In this document: one piece after another, positions 48,471 to 63,565 of the stretch
How positions within the stretch are numbered: the first letter of the stretch is position 1
How the letters are laid out: every line of letters starts with the position of its first letter
From: Escherichia coli
Lineage (GTDB): Bacteria > Pseudomonadota > Gammaproteobacteria > Enterobacterales > Enterobacteriaceae
Direction: 5' to 3' (one strand)
NCBI RefSeq assembly: GCF_050920415.1
Contig: NZ_CP169309.1
DNA length: 64,000 nucleotides
Notes under the pieces: model-generated
What the model saw: the letters and a program-made list of their open reading frames with translations, nothing else
Database searches by the model: none
What the model was told of the DNA's origin: nothing
Made by a program: the position numbers and the translations under genes

Positions 48471-49745
48471 ATGGCAAGCAGTAACTTGATTAAACAATTG
48501 CAAGAGCGGGGGCTGGTAGCCCAGGTGACGGACGAGGAAGCGTTAGCAGAGCGACTGGCGCAAGGCCCGATCGCGCTCTATTGCGGCTTCGATCCTACCG
48601 CTGACAGCTTGCATTTGGGGCATCTTGTTCCATTGTTATGCCTGAAACGCTTCCAGCAGGCGGGCCACAAGCCGGTTGCGCTGGTAGGCGGCGCGACGGG
48701 TCTGATTGGCGACCCGAGCTTCAAAGCTGCCGAGCGTAAGCTGAACACCGAAGAAACTGTTCAGGAGTGGGTGGACAAAATCCGCAAGCAGGTTGCCCCG
48801 TTCCTCGATTTCGACTGTGGAGAAAACTCTGCTATCGCGGCGAACAACTATGACTGGTTCGGCAATATGAATGTGTTGACCTTCCTGCGCGATATTGGCA
48901 AACACTTCTCCGTCAACCAGATGATCAACAAAGAAGCGGTTAAGCAGCGTCTCAACCGTGAAGATCAGGGGATTTCGTTCACCGAGTTTTCCTACAACCT
49001 GTTGCAGGGTTATGACTTCGCCTGTCTGAACAAACAGTACGGTGTCGTGCTGCAAATCGGGGGTTCTGACCAGTGGGGTAACATCACTTCTGGTATCGAC
49101 CTGACCCGTCGTCTGCATCAGAATCAGGTGTTTGGCCTGACCGTTCCGCTGATCACCAAAGCAGACGGCACCAAATTTGGTAAAACTGAAGGCGGCGCAG
49201 TCTGGTTGGATCCGAAGAAAACCAGCCCGTACAAATTCTACCAGTTCTGGATCAACACTGCGGATGCGGACGTTTACCGCTTCCTGAAGTTCTTCACCTT
49301 CATGAGCATTGAAGAGATCAATGCCCTCGAAGAAGAAGATAAAAACAGCGGTAAAGCTCCGCGCGCTCAGTATGTTCTGGCGGAGCAGGTGACACGTTTG
49401 GTGCACGGTGAAGAAGGTTTGCAGGCAGCAAAACGTATTACCGAATGTCTGTTCAGTGGTTCCTTGAGTGCGCTGAGTGAAGCGGACTTCGAACAGCTGG
49501 CGCAGGACGGCGTACCGATGGTTGAGATGGAAAAAGGTGCAGACCTGATGCAGGCGCTGGTCGATTCCGAACTGCAACCTTCCCGTGGTCAGGCGCGCAA
49601 AACTATCGCCTCCAATGCCATCACCATTAACGGTGAAAAACAGTCTGATCCTGAATACTTCTTTAAAGAAGAAGATCGTCTGTTTGGTCGTTTTACCTTA
49701 CTGCGTCGCGGCAAAAAGAATTATTGTCTGATTTGCTGGAAATAA
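48471..49745 (+). CDS. tyrS: tyrosyl-tRNA synthetase
   Basis: 424 aa from ATG at 48471 (SD ggag); HLGH and KFGKT class I motifs. Confidence 0.95.
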
Positions 49746-49760
49746 TGCATTAAGTGGAAA

Positions 49761-49793
49761 GGGGGAGTGAGAAATCACTCCCCCTGGTTTTTA
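49761..49793 (+). terminator. tyrS intrinsic terminator
   Basis: Stem gggggagtga-gaaa-tcactccccc followed by tggttttta. Confidence 0.6.
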
Positions 49794-49803
49794 TACAGGG
49801 AAC

Positions 49804-50667
49804 ATGATGAAAAATATTCTCGCTATCCAGTCTCACGTTGTTTATGGTCATGCGGGTAACAGTGCGGCAGAGTTTCCGATGCGCCGCCTGGGCGCGAACG
49901 TCTGGCCGTTGAACACCGTTCAATTTTCTAATCACACTCAATACGGCAAATGGACTGGCTGCGTGATGCAGCCCAGCCATTTAACCGAAATTGTGCAAGG
50001 CATTGCCGCCATTGATAAATTACACACCTGTGATGCCGTATTAAGTGGCTATCTGGGTTCGGCGGAGCAGGGTGAACATATCCTCGGTATCGTTCGTCAG
50101 GTGAAAGCAGCGAATCCGCAGGCGAAATATTTTTGCGATCCGGTAATGGGTCATCCGGAAAAAGGCTGTATCGTTGCACCGGGTGTCGCAGAGTTTCATG
50201 TGCGTCACGGTTTGCCTGCCAGCGATATCATTGCGCCGAATCTGGTTGAGCTGGAGATACTCTGTGAGCATCCGGTAAATAACGTCGAAGAAGCGGTTCT
50301 GGCAGCGCGTGAACTCATTGCGCAAGGGCCACAAATTGTGTTGGTTAAGCACCTGGCGCGAGCTGGTTACAGCCGTGACCGTTTTGAAATGCTGCTGGTT
50401 ACCGCCGATGAAGCCTGGCATATCAGCCGTCCGCTGGTGGATTTTGGTATGCGCCAACCGGTAGGTGTCGGTGATGTGACGAGCGGTTTACTGCTGGTGA
50501 AACTGCTTCAGGGGGCAACGCTGCAGGAGGCCCTGGAACATGTGACCGCTGCAGTATACGAAATCATGGTGACCACCAAAGCAATGCAGGAATATGAGCT
50601 GCAAGTGGTTGCTGCTCAGGATCGTATTGCCAAACCAGAACATTATTTCAGCGCAACAAAGCTCTGA
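49804..50667 (+). CDS. pdxY: pyridoxal kinase PdxY
   Basis: 287 aa; recognised PdxY sequence. Confidence 0.95.
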   Translation: MMKNILAIQSHVVYGHAGNSAAEFPMRRLGANVWPLNTVQFSNHTQYGKWTGCVMQPSHLTEIVQGIAAIDKLHTCDAVLSGYLGSAEQGEHILGIVRQVKAANPQAKYFCDPVMGHPEKGCIVAPGVAEFHVRHGLPASDIIAPNLVELEILCEHPVNNVEEAVLAARELIAQGPQIVLVKHLARAGYSRDRFEMLLVTADEAWHISRPLVDFGMRQPVGVGDVTSGLLLVKLLQGATLQEALEHVTAAVYEIMVTTKAMQEYELQVVAAQDRIAKPEHYFSATKL

Positions 50668-50679
50668 AATATCTCATTT

Positions 50680-50703
50680 CGGCCCACAACAACCTGTGGG
50701 CCG
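50680..50703. terminator. hairpin between convergent pdxY and gstA
   Basis: Stem cggcccaca-acaacc-tgtgggccg; weak U-tract. Confidence 0.4.
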
Positions 50704-50710
50704 ATGGCTA

Positions 50711-51316
50711 TTACTTTAAGCCTTCCGCTGACAGCGCGTCTTGTACTTCCGGACGTTCAGCCATACGTTGCATAAATGCCGCGATGTGCTCTAACCCTTC
50801 CAGATTCAGTTTCACCGCGTATGCCCAGCGCAGAACCGTAAACAGATAGGCATCAGCAATTGTAAATCGTTGCCCGCAGATCCAGTGCTCATCCTTCAGT
50901 GCATCGTTCACATATTGCAGCTTCTTCTCCAGCTGCGCGCGAACTGTCGGTTTGTACTCTTCCGGTGTATCAGGGCGAAACAGAGGTGTGAAGCCTTTAT
51001 GCAGCTCGGTGGCGATGTAATTCAGCCATTCGATGGTTTTATAGCGGGAAATACTGTTTACCGGTGCCAGCAACTGGCGGTCGGGGACGCTGTCGGCAAG
51101 ATACTGCATAATTGCTACGCCTTCCGTCAGCAAAGTACCATCGTCCAGCAGCAATGCAGGCACCTGTCCCTTAGGGTTAACGGCAAAGTAATCGTCACCG
51201 TTTTCGAGACGTTTTTTCATTAAATCCACACTGACGAGCGTAAAATCCTTTCCGCTCTCACGCAGGGTGATATGGGAAGCGAGAGAGCAGGCGCCCGGTT
51301 TGTAGAACAATTTCAT
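50711..51316 (-). CDS. gstA: glutathione S-transferase
   Basis: 201 aa; recognised GstA sequence. Confidence 0.95.
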   Translation of the reverse strand: MKLFYKPGACSLASHITLRESGKDFTLVSVDLMKKRLENGDDYFAVNPKGQVPALLLDDGTLLTEGVAIMQYLADSVPDRQLLAPVNSISRYKTIEWLNYIATELHKGFTPLFRPDTPEEYKPTVRAQLEKKLQYVNDALKDEHWICGQRFTIADAYLFTVLRWAYAVKLNLEGLEHIAAFMQRMAERPEVQDALSAEGLK

Positions 51317-51363
51317 CGGTAACTCCTTTTGTCTGTGGTTTAAAGTATGGTAGTGCGTTGCTG

Positions 51364-51400
51364 AACAAAAAAAAAGCCGCTAACGAAAAGTTAGCGGCTT
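51364..51400 (-). terminator. dtpA intrinsic terminator
   Basis: Stem aagccgctaac-gaaaa-gttagcggctt with a 9-nt U-run on the minus strand. Confidence 0.65.
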
Positions 51401-51421
51401 GTAAAAGAGTTTCCCTGAATT

Positions 51422-52924
51422 TTACGCTACAGCAGCTTTCGCCGCTTTGTCTGCAGCGTCATCCTGCGTCATGCGGTGCAGTTTCGGCGCGGTCAGCAGC
51501 ATCAGTACTGCAATAACGGCAGTAGCGACACCAATCTGCAAGAATACGCGACCATAGACTTCCAGTGACATCAGTGGATCGGTAACGTTATCCGGCACAG
51601 CCATCATACCCGCAACATAACCACCAATCAGGTTTGCACCGGCAGTGGTCAGGAACCAGCTACCCATAATGAAGCCCATCAGACGCTGCGGAACGAGTTG
51701 TGCAACCATTGCCAGACCCAGACCAGAGATCATAAGTTCCCCGATACTCTGCAGGCCATAGCTTGCGACCAGCCAGCTTACAGACACGATACCTGCGTCA
51801 GACGCGAATTTTGCACCCAGCGGCAGAATCAGGAACGCACCAGAACACATCACCATACCGATTGCAAACTTAGTTGGCATCGGCAGGGTATCGCCCATCT
51901 TGTTATAGATAGCGGCCAGAATCGGGCTACCAATGATAATCCAGAACGGGTTCAGTGCCTGATACTGCTCAGGTTCTACGGCCAGGCCCAGAATGGTGTG
52001 TTCAACGTTACGAATCGCAAAGAAGTTCAGTGACGTTGGCATCTGGCTGTACAGCACGAAGAAGATAATGGCTTCGAGCATCAGGATGAAGGCAACGATC
52101 ATTTTACGACGCGCAGCACCTTTCATCGCGAAGGCTTCTTTACCGAAGATAACCACGATACCAAAGGCAACAACGCCCAGCGCCATACGCGCAACTTCCT
52201 GATTGTGCAGCAGCCAGGTGGCGATAGCGATCAGTGCCACAACACCAATAATGGTCAGCAGCAGGTTACGGTAGTTGATAGGCTCGAAGTCTGGTTTTGA
52301 ACCGTACTGTTTAACCCAGCGTTGGCAGAAGGCAAAGTTAACGATAGTGATCAGCAGGCCTACAACGCTCAACGCAAACGCAACACTCCAGCCGTATTTC
52401 GCGGCCAGCCACGGGGTGGCGATCATAGAGAAGAAAGAGCCGATGTTGACGGACATGTAGTACATGGTGAATGCACCGTCCAGACGCGGGTCGTTTTTCT
52501 CATAGCATGTAGAAAGCAGAGAAGACGGGTTAGCTTTAAATAGGCCGTTACCGACCGCAATAGCCGCCATACCCATATAAACGATACCGGCGTCGTGACC
52601 AGACCAGGCAACCAGAGCATAACCAATCGCCAGCACAATAGCGCCAAGCATAATTACGCGTTTAGTACCCAGTACCTTGTCACCTAACCAGCCGCCGATA
52701 GCGACCAGACCATAAACCAGGGCACTAAAGGAAGAGAAAAGGGTGATTGAATCCGCTTCAGACATACCCAGTTGTTTAACCAGGTAAACAGCCATAATTC
52801 CTTGTAGGCCGTAATAACCAAAACGTTCCCATAACTCAATCGAGAAGATGAGATAGAACGCCTTCGGTTGTTTGAAAGCGTTCAAACTGACGCTTTCAGT
52901 TGGTTTTTGGTTTGCAGTGGACAC
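51422..52924 (-). CDS. dtpA: proton-dependent di-/tripeptide permease DtpA (TppB/YdgR)
   Basis: 500 aa; POT-family membrane protein. Confidence 0.95.
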
Positions 52925-53534
52925 TTTTACCTCTTTTTTTACATCCCATATTAACGGGGGTGCTTTCTCGCGTTATGCCTAAAAAACATACGCGCAATTG
53001 TTATAGTGGGAGGGGAAACGGCAGGTAATGTTCACTATCTTGCACTTTCAGACAAGTCCTTTGTAATAATCTGTTACATATAACTGAGGCGGGGAATTCA
53101 ACCATTCCGGGAAATGTTATCCAGCGTTAAATTTTTCAAAAAACGTAACGGCAGATTTTTTCACTACCCTGAGAGGGGGATGATGGCTTAACGGCGATAT
53201 GTTCTGCTATTTAGCGTTTTTCCTAGTGAGATAGTCCAGTTTCTGAAAAATAGCCAGTGTAATGTTTTGTAGGTCAATATTTGTTGCGTGTGTAAATTTA
53301 AATGATTTTAACCTAGTTCTTGCAATGTTTTTACATTGCCACAGCATCGTGATCTTGATCACGAATGAATAGAAAATTTCGCTATTAAAAAAACAATTAA
53401 CCTGCATTTTTGGTTATCCGCAAACGGATTACCTGATGATAACGCTAAGCAATGGCATCATTGACGTTAAAAAGATGTTTTAAAAGAGGATAAAGAAAGG
53501 TTATCAATGGGGTAATCGGTGTTACCCCTTTTCT

Positions 53535-54170
53535 TCAGATGTCAACTTTCTCTTTGTATTCACAAAGATCTTCAATAATACAAGAGCCACAGCGAGGCTT
53601 GCGGGCAATACAGGTATAACGCCCGTGCAGGATCAACCAATGGTGGCAGTCGACTTTAAACTCTGCCGGAACCACTTTCAGTAGCTTTTCTTCTACCTGT
53701 TCGACGTTTTTCCCCGGCGCAAATTGAGTACGATTACAAACGCGGAAAATGTGCGTGTCGACAGCAATAGTCGGCCAGCCGAATGCAGTGTTTAATACGA
53801 CGTTGGCTGTTTTACGACCTACACCAGGCAGGGCTTCAAGCGCAGCACGATCTTCCGGAACCTCGCCATTATGCTGTTCCAGTAAGATACGGCAGGTTTT
53901 GATGATATTTTCTGCTTTGCTGTTATAAAGCCCAATGGTTTTGATATAGGTTTTCACCCCTTCGACGCCCAGTTCAAGCATCGCTGCAGGCGTATTCGCT
54001 ACCGGGTAGAGTTTCGCCGTCGCCTTATTAACACTGACATCGGTCGCCTGAGCGGAAAGCAGTACGGCAATCAGCAATTCAAAAGGCGAACTGAAATTAA
54101 GCTCGGTGGTGGGATGAGGATTGTTCTCACGCAGGCGAGTGAGGATCTCCAGGCGTTTTGCTTTGTTCAT
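53535..54170 (-). CDS. nth: endonuclease III
   Basis: 211 aa; HhH-GPD domain and C-terminal Cx6Cx2Cx5C Fe-S cluster loop. Confidence 0.95.
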   Translation of the reverse strand: MNKAKRLEILTRLRENNPHPTTELNFSSPFELLIAVLLSAQATDVSVNKATAKLYPVANTPAAMLELGVEGVKTYIKTIGLYNSKAENIIKTCRILLEQHNGEVPEDRAALEALPGVGRKTANVVLNTAFGWPTIAVDTHIFRVCNRTQFAPGKNVEQVEEKLLKVVPAEFKVDCHHWLILHGRYTCIARKPRCGSCIIEDLCEYKEKVDI

Positions 54171-54865
54171 CAGACATTCCCTGTTTCACCGTTTGGCAAT
54201 GCACGTTCGGCAGCTGCTTCAGCACGGCGCTTTTTCATTCTTTCATCAATCAGGTATTTCCCTGCCAGCATCAGTCCCAGGCCAATAAATGCACCTGGTG
54301 GCAGCATTGCCAGCAGGAAAGGGGAGTCGGTGTGGAAAATCTCCACGCGTAATACTTTGGCCCAGCTACCTAACAGCGCATCTGCACCGTCAAACAACGT
54401 GCCATTGCCGATAATTTCGCGTAGTGAACCCAGCACGAACATGGCACAGGTTGCGCCCATACCAATCGAAAAACCATCCAGTGCCGAAAGTGCCGGACCT
54501 TTTTTAGCAGCGAAGGCTTCAGCGCGCCCCACAACAATACAGTTAGTGACAATCAGCGGAATAAAAATCCCTAACGATTGATACAGACCAAAGGCGTAGG
54601 CGTTGATCAGCATCTGTACAGCGCTGACCACCGAGGCGATGATCATCACGTAAATGGGAATGCGGATCTCGGCTGGCGTCCAGTGACGCAGCGTCGAAAT
54701 GGTCAAGTTGGTCAGCGTCAGTACCAGCGTAGTCGCAAGTCCTAAACCCAGAGCGTTAGTGGCAGTGGACGTGACCGCCAATAGCGGACAGAGGCCGAGC
54801 AGCTGGACCAGCGCAGAGTTGTTTTTCCACAACCCCTGAACAATAACGTCTTTAATTTCGCTCAC
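54170..54865 (-). CDS. rsxE: Rnf-type ion-translocating oxidoreductase subunit RsxE
   Basis: 231 aa; membrane protein. Confidence 0.93.
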   Translation of the reverse strand: MSEIKDVIVQGLWKNNSALVQLLGLCPLLAVTSTATNALGLGLATTLVLTLTNLTISTLRHWTPAEIRIPIYVMIIASVVSAVQMLINAYAFGLYQSLGIFIPLIVTNCIVVGRAEAFAAKKGPALSALDGFSIGMGATCAMFVLGSLREIIGNGTLFDGADALLGSWAKVLRVEIFHTDSPFLLAMLPPGAFIGLGLMLAGKYLIDERMKKRRAEAAAERALPNGETGNV

Positions 54866-54868
54866 GCT

Positions 54869-55489
54869 TTATTCTCCACAGGCAGGAAGTTGAGAAAGTT
54901 GTGACGGTAACGTCTGAGCGTACAATCCGGCGCGTTTTACCGCATTAACCACCGCGCGGGGAGTAATCGTCGCGCCGGTGAACTGGTCGAAATCACCACC
55001 ATCTTTCTTCACCGCCCAGTGCGCATCATCCGCACCACTGATTTTTTTACCCGCAAAATGGGTGATCCAGTCAGAAAGGCGCAGTTCGATTTTATCGCCA
55101 AGCCCTGGCGTTTCGTGGTGCTCTGTCACGCGCGTGCCAAGTACCGTGCCGTTAAAATCGGCTCCCACCAGCAGCTGAATCGCACCGGAATAGCCATCTG
55201 GCGCGGTTGTTTCCAGAACGGCGGCTACCGGTTTGTCATCCTGTTTGGCGATGTAAACCCGATGCTCACCTTTACCTAACTCTGGCGCAGTTACCAGATA
55301 GCAACTCTGTGCCAGCGCATTGTTATAGCGTTCGGCTGGCAGCACCTGATCAAATAACGCCTTTTGTTGCAGACTGGCCTGTTCAGCAATCGTCGTTTTG
55401 GTCATCTGGTTGATGGCCGCAGTTAACCCTGTTGAGCCCGCTGCAAATAGCGCCAACGTAATGCCGTGTTTTCGGATAGTTTTCAGCAT
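54869..55489 (-). CDS. rsxG: Rnf-type complex subunit RsxG (FMN-binding)
   Basis: 206 aa; recognised RsxG sequence. Confidence 0.93.
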   Translation of the reverse strand: MLKTIRKHGITLALFAAGSTGLTAAINQMTKTTIAEQASLQQKALFDQVLPAERYNNALAQSCYLVTAPELGKGEHRVYIAKQDDKPVAAVLETTAPDGYSGAIQLLVGADFNGTVLGTRVTEHHETPGLGDKIELRLSDWITHFAGKKISGADDAHWAVKKDGGDFDQFTGATITPRAVVNAVKRAGLYAQTLPSQLSQLPACGE

Positions 55490-55492
55490 GGT

Positions 55493-56551
55493 TTACCCTT
55501 TGCGATGGCCGTAGACGCGCGGACGCGTGTAGTAATCGATCAGAGGAACCGTGATGTTCGCCAGCAGGACGGCAAAAGCCACGCCGTCAGGATAGCCGCC
55601 GAAACTGCGGATCAACCAGACTAATAAGCCCGCCAGCGCGCCGAAAATAAGACGACCACGATTGGTCGTAGAAGCGGTAACCGGGTCAGTCAAAATAAAG
55701 AATGCGCCGAGCATGGTCGCTCCAGACAGCAGATGAATTTGCGGTGCTGCCAGTGTTTCTGGTGAGAACAACCAGCCCAACGTTGCGCATAACGCCAGCG
55801 TTACTAAGAAGCTGAGGGGAATATGCCAGCGAATCGCTTTCTGCCACAGCAACCATACGCCGCCAGCCAGCCAGGCGAGATTTACCCATTGCCAACCAAC
55901 GCCCGCCAGCATACCGCTGTAGATCGGATATTGCATAATCTGTTCAACCGAATGACCGGCACGGACAGAGGTTTTAAATGTATCCAGCGGTGTTGCCTGA
56001 CTTATGCCATCAATACCTAAGCGTAGCGTGTTCATATCACCACCACTGGCGGTATGTCCGCTGAAAATAACCTGTATGGCGTCGATAAAACCAGGGATGT
56101 TGACCGCAATTTCATGTGGCGGTAACCAGCTGGTCATCTGCACCGGGAAGGAGATCAGTAAGACCACATAACCAATCATTGCCGGATTAAACGGGTTTTG
56201 CCCCAGACCGCCATACAACTGTTTAGCGATGATCACCGCAAACACCGTACCCAGCACGACCATCCACCACGGCGCGAGGGGGGGAATACTTACCGCCAGC
56301 AATAAGCCTGTCAGCATTGCTGAGTTGTCTTTCAACGTTGCGGCTACTGATTGCTTGCGTAGTTTGAGTACGAGAGCTTCGGCTAACAGAGCACTGACCG
56401 ACGCCAACAGGATCTGAACGAGAGTACCCCAACCAAAAAACCACAGTTGCGCTGCGATTCCTGGCACGGCTGCGAGCAACACCAACAGCATAATGCGCGA
56501 TGTTTGGCGCTGGTTATGGGTATAAGGGGAGCTAGCTATTCTGAATACCAT
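55493..56551 (-). CDS. rsxD: Rnf-type complex subunit RsxD
   Basis: 352 aa; polytopic. Confidence 0.93.
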   Translation of the reverse strand: MVFRIASSPYTHNQRQTSRIMLLVLLAAVPGIAAQLWFFGWGTLVQILLASVSALLAEALVLKLRKQSVAATLKDNSAMLTGLLLAVSIPPLAPWWMVVLGTVFAVIIAKQLYGGLGQNPFNPAMIGYVVLLISFPVQMTSWLPPHEIAVNIPGFIDAIQVIFSGHTASGGDMNTLRLGIDGISQATPLDTFKTSVRAGHSVEQIMQYPIYSGMLAGVGWQWVNLAWLAGGVWLLWQKAIRWHIPLSFLVTLALCATLGWLFSPETLAAPQIHLLSGATMLGAFFILTDPVTASTTNRGRLIFGALAGLLVWLIRSFGGYPDGVAFAVLLANITVPLIDYYTRPRVYGHRKG

Positions 56552-59344
<2,793 letters not shown>

Positions 59345-59345
<1 letters not shown>

Positions 59346-59926
59346 TACAACTTCACCAAACCACTAAAGCCCATAAAGGCCAGAGACATAAGACCTGCGG
59401 TAATTAACGCAATGGCATTACCGCGAAAAGGTGCCGGGACATCAGCCACAGCAAGGCGTTCGCGGATGGCGGCGAAGAGCACCATCACCAGCGAGAAACC
59501 GACAGCGGCGGAAAAACCGTACAGCGCCGACTGCAAGAAATTGTGCCCGAGATTGATATTCAGCAACGCCACGCCGAGCACTGCACAGTTGGTGGTGATA
59601 AGCGGCAAAAAAATCCCCAGCAGACGGTAAAGCACCGGGCTGGTTTTGCGCACCACCATCTCGGTGAACTGCACAACCACAGCAATTACCAGAATAAACG
59701 CCAGGGTGCGCAGGTAAATCAGATTAAGCGGGATCAAAATCCACGTATCGATAAGCCAGGCGCAAATAGACGCCAGCGTCATCACAAACGTTGTAGCCAG
59801 CCCCATGCCCATCGCGGTTTCCAGCTTTTTGGAAACCCCCATAAACGGACAGAGACCGAGAAACTTGACCAGTACAAAGTTATTGACCAGTACAGTTCCG
59901 ACAAACAGTAACAGGTAGTCAGTCAT
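59345..59926 (-). CDS. rsxA: Rnf-type complex subunit RsxA
   Basis: 193 aa; membrane protein. Confidence 0.93.
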
Positions 59927-60002
59927 TTTTCGGCCTGAAATAAAAAAGCCGCCTATTATCCGTTAATCCAGAGCAGGCGACAACAGGTTAACTGTAAGGT
60001 TA

Positions 60003-60443
60003 TTACGGATTCACAAACGTCGCTTTCACCCGCGACGAGCGTTTAAAATAAGGGACGATCAATGCGGTTGCCAACAAAGTAAACAGTAACTGGCGAACGG
60101 CTATGCCATCTTCCACGGGTGAAAAAGCGAACGCTTTTACTGCCAGCAATACGGAAATAAGCAGCCAGATAATATAGTGTTTAGGAACACAACGCCGACG
60201 TTTAAAGAAAGCGATGGTCAACCACAGTGTGTAATACCACATGGCGATAGCGGTAATAAAAGAAACGCCCCATAAGATTTGTGTCGTCAGTGCTTGTTCG
60301 CCGAGCGTTTGAAATGTTTGCGGAGAAGATAACGCAGCGGTATACAGCAACAACGCCAGCGTCGTACTTAACAGAGCGACTAAAAGCCAGGCCAATGGAC
60401 CAAGCAACCAGCCTCCAATACGTTGTGGCGTTGTGGTGGTCAT
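60003..60443 (-). CDS. ydgK: inner membrane protein YdgK
   Basis: 146 aa from ATG at 60443 (MTTTTPQRIG...); the ORF track's form extends 8 codons upstream. Confidence 0.8.
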   Translation of the reverse strand: MTTTTPQRIGGWLLGPLAWLLVALLSTTLALLLYTAALSSPQTFQTLGEQALTTQILWGVSFITAIAMWYYTLWLTIAFFKRRRCVPKHYIIWLLISVLLAVKAFAFSPVEDGIAVRQLLFTLLATALIVPYFKRSSRVKATFVNP

Positions 60444-60528
60444 AGGTTCTCCAGAATAGCGACGCAAACAGGCAAATCTAATTTTAGGGGCGTTATTATA
60501 AGGCTTTTATAACCGATCGCTACTTTCT

Positions 60529-60744
60529 TTATTGGACATAGTGCCAGACGGACTTCGGTACCTGGCCGAGGTCAAACAAACGCCCGCCAGAAACCAGCTC
60601 TGCGCGACGGTGATCGGCAGCACGATACATATTGATCAGTTCCTGATCGTCCGTCAGGGTGTAATTAAGATGGTCGTAGAGTTTTTCCAGACTTTCGAGT
60701 GAACTGATTTTGCGAAATTTTAATAAGTAGTCCTGAACAGTCAT
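60529..60744 (-). CDS. cnu: Hha-family nucleoid-associated protein Cnu (YdgT)
   Basis: 71 aa; recognised Cnu sequence. Confidence 0.92.
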
Positions 60745-61016
60745 AAAAGGTCCATAAAATAATTAATACCAAAGGGGTAGGTATTATTAGTGATGATAAA
60801 ATTTCACCAAAAGTGAACGTTTGTATTATTACAATAATAAGAATGCGCTGATGGTAAATATTCAGGGATGAAAAACTGCTCTGAAAAGAGTAACGCGCTT
60901 TACTATCCCTGACAATCACCAACAACATCGAACAAGATAATAAATTCCTGGTTTAATATCCGACAAGTTAAAACATGCACCCAGTCGGGCAGCATGTCGC
61001 TCTACAAGAGTAGAGC

Positions 61017-61142
61017 TTACTTGTGTTGTACCGTAGCACTCTGTTCAGGTGGCTGATAGTTGTCAATGTGACTCGCCACGCCAAGAAGAATGACTGAAAC
61101 GACAAGAACGATCCAACCTGTTAATTCAATAAGACGATTCAT
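61017..61142 (-). CDS. blr: small membrane protein Blr (41 aa)
   Basis: Internal ATG at 61142 gives MNRLIELTGWIVLVVSVILLGVASHIDNYQPPEQSA..., a single transmembrane segment; the 66-aa ORF is an extension. Confidence 0.7.
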   Translation of the reverse strand: MNRLIELTGWIVLVVSVILLGVASHIDNYQPPEQSATVQHK

Positions 61143-61384
61143 TACAGCCCACATCTCTGTTGATTGATCCATTAACTTCAGGGGGTAAATGTTACTTAGC
61201 AATAATAGCTCCAGCAAGATTTTTACTGAGGTTTTTGCGATATTTAGCTTTTGTCGTTGGAAAATTCGCTATTTTTTTGACTTAAGTTAAACAACATCCC
61301 TTATTGCTGGCAGGTTATTAAACTGTTGAGCGAGGGTAAAGGATAGTGTCAAATAGCCATCATACTTCAATGAGAGGCAATGAC

Positions 61385-62425
61385 ATGAGCGACAACATCC
61401 GTGTTGGGTTGATTGGGTATGGTTATGCGAGCAAAACCTTCCATGCGCCCCTGATTGCGGGCACGCCCGGGCTGGAACTGGCGGTAATCTCCAGCAGCGA
61501 TGAAACAAAAGTAAAAGCCGACTGGCCAACGGTTACGGTTGTCTCTGAGCCGAAGCATCTGTTTAACGATCCCAACATAGACCTGATTATCATCCCTACA
61601 CCCAACGATACCCATTTCCCGTTAGCCAAAGCGGCTCTTGAGGCGGGTAAACATGTGGTCGTTGATAAACCCTTTACCGTGACACTGTCACAAGCGCGAG
61701 AGCTGGAAGCGCTGGCAAAAAGCCTGGGGCGTGTGCTGTCTGTATTCCATAACCGTCGCTGGGATAGCGATTTCCTGACGCTTAAAGGTTTGCTCGCGGA
61801 AGGCGTACTGGGTGAAGTTGCTTACTTTGAGTCTCATTTTGACCGCTTCCGTCCGCAGGTGCGCGATCGTTGGCGTGAACAGGGCGGCCCTGGCAGTGGT
61901 ATCTGGTACGATTTAGCACCGCATCTTCTTGATCAGGCCATTACGCTATTTGGTTTACCGGTTAGCATGACGGTAGATTTGGCACAGTTACGGCCCGGAG
62001 CGCAGTCGACTGATTATTTCCACGCCATCTTGTCCTATCCGCAGCGGCGAGTCATTTTACACGGTACCATGCTGGCAGCCGCTGAGTCAGCACGGTATAT
62101 CGTGCATGGATCCCGAGGCAGTTATGTGAAATATGGCCTCGATCCACAGGAAGAACGTCTGAAAAATGGCGAGCGTCTGCCGCAGAAAGACTGGGGCTAC
62201 GATATGCGTGATGGCGTACTTACCCGCGTGGAAGGTGAGGAACGTGTCGAAGAAACGCTGTTGACCGTGCCGGGGAATTATCCGGCTTACTATGCGGCTA
62301 TTCGTGATGCGTTAAATGGCGATGGTGAAAATCCGGTTCCGGCAAGTCAGGCAATCCAGGTAATGGAGTTGATTGAGCTGGGCATCGAATCCGCCAAACA
62401 TCGCGCGACGCTGTGCCTTGCGTGA
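61385..62425 (+). CDS. ydgJ: Gfo/Idh/MocA-family oxidoreductase YdgJ
   Basis: 346 aa from ATG at 61385 (SD gagagg); Rossmann motif GLIGYGYASK. Confidence 0.88.
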   Translation: MSDNIRVGLIGYGYASKTFHAPLIAGTPGLELAVISSSDETKVKADWPTVTVVSEPKHLFNDPNIDLIIIPTPNDTHFPLAKAALEAGKHVVVDKPFTVTLSQARELEALAKSLGRVLSVFHNRRWDSDFLTLKGLLAEGVLGEVAYFESHFDRFRPQVRDRWREQGGPGSGIWYDLAPHLLDQAITLFGLPVSMTVDLAQLRPGAQSTDYFHAILSYPQRRVILHGTMLAAAESARYIVHGSRGSYVKYGLDPQEERLKNGERLPQKDWGYDMRDGVLTRVEGEERVEETLLTVPGNYPAYYAAIRDALNGDGENPVPASQAIQVMELIELGIESAKHRATLCLA

Positions 62426-62429
62426 AAAG

Positions 62430-62459
62430 AGGATGGTGCAATTAGCACCATCCATTTTT
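62430..62459. terminator. terminator between convergent ydgJ and add
   Basis: Stem ggatggtgc-aatta-gcaccatcc followed by atttttgtt. Confidence 0.6.
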
Positions 62460-62460
62460 G

Positions 62461-63462
62461 TTACTTCGCAGCGACTTTTTCTCGCAGTGCGCGTTTTTCC
62501 TCTGCGCTGAGGAAAGCCATTTCCAGACCATTAATCTGCGCCTGGCGGATTTGCTCGCGGGATAACCCAGCAGCCGGCGCGGCAACGGTATATTCGTGAA
62601 TGATATCCACTCCCTGTACGCCGGGATCGTCAGTGTTAATGCTGGCACGAATGCCATGCTCAAGGAACGTTTTCAGCGGATGTGCCGCCAGCTCTGCCAC
62701 GGTGCTGGTCTGAATATTGGAGGTCAGACAGGATTCAATACCAATTTCCTGCTCGGCGAGAAAATCCATCAGCGCCCGATCTTCAATGGCTTTTACGCCA
62801 TGTCCAATACGTTCCGCCCCCAGTTCACGAATCGCCTGCCAGATGCTTTCCGGCCCGGCAGCTTCGCCTGCATGGACGGTAATATGCCAGCCCGCATCAC
62901 GCGCGCGGTTGAAGTGAGAAAGGAACAGACTTCCCGGGAAACCAAGTTCATCACCGGCTAAATCAAGTGCGGTAATCTGGTCACGGTGGGCTAAAAAGGC
63001 CTCCAGTTCTTGCTGACAGGCGGCTTCACCGAAGGTCCGGCTCATAATGCCGATAAGCTTCGCCTGCACACCAAAGGTGCGGCAACCTTCACGAACGCCA
63101 TCGATCACCGCTTCGACAACACCCGCTACAGGCAGCTGATGTGCCATTGCCATGTAGCCCGGTGAAAAACGCAGCTCGACATAGTGCAGGCCGTTACGGG
63201 CTGCATCTTCAATGTTTTCAAATGCCACGCGGCGGCAAGCATCAAGAGAGGCGAGAACTTTAACGCCCCAGTCAAGTTTGGTCAGAAAGCTCACAAGATC
63301 GGGTTCGTTGGCAATGACCTGAACGTGGGGAATCAGTGTTTCCAGGGATTGTGCAGGAAGCGAGATATTATACTGGCGGCCAAGTTCAAGAATGGTCTGG
63401 GGACGAATGTTGCCATCAAGGTGGCGATGGATATCAGTTAATGGCAGGGTGGTATCAATCAT
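62461..63462 (-). CDS. add: adenosine deaminase
   Basis: 333 aa; recognised Add sequence. Confidence 0.95.
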   Translation of the reverse strand: MIDTTLPLTDIHRHLDGNIRPQTILELGRQYNISLPAQSLETLIPHVQVIANEPDLVSFLTKLDWGVKVLASLDACRRVAFENIEDAARNGLHYVELRFSPGYMAMAHQLPVAGVVEAVIDGVREGCRTFGVQAKLIGIMSRTFGEAACQQELEAFLAHRDQITALDLAGDELGFPGSLFLSHFNRARDAGWHITVHAGEAAGPESIWQAIRELGAERIGHGVKAIEDRALMDFLAEQEIGIESCLTSNIQTSTVAELAAHPLKTFLEHGIRASINTDDPGVQGVDIIHEYTVAAPAAGLSREQIRQAQINGLEMAFLSAEEKRALREKVAAK

Positions 63463-63565
63463 GGTCGCACTCTTTTTCTGGATATAAAAGTGCGCACCAT
63501 TATAAAAACAAAGCAGGGTAAAAATCCACGATTGCGCAACGATTTTTTACGTTGCGCAATTGGGG

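Noticed and set aside
53207-53407. 66-aa minus-strand ORF in the dtpA upstream region
   Set aside because: AT-rich sequence with a low-complexity translation and no SD; lies in the dtpA promoter/leader region
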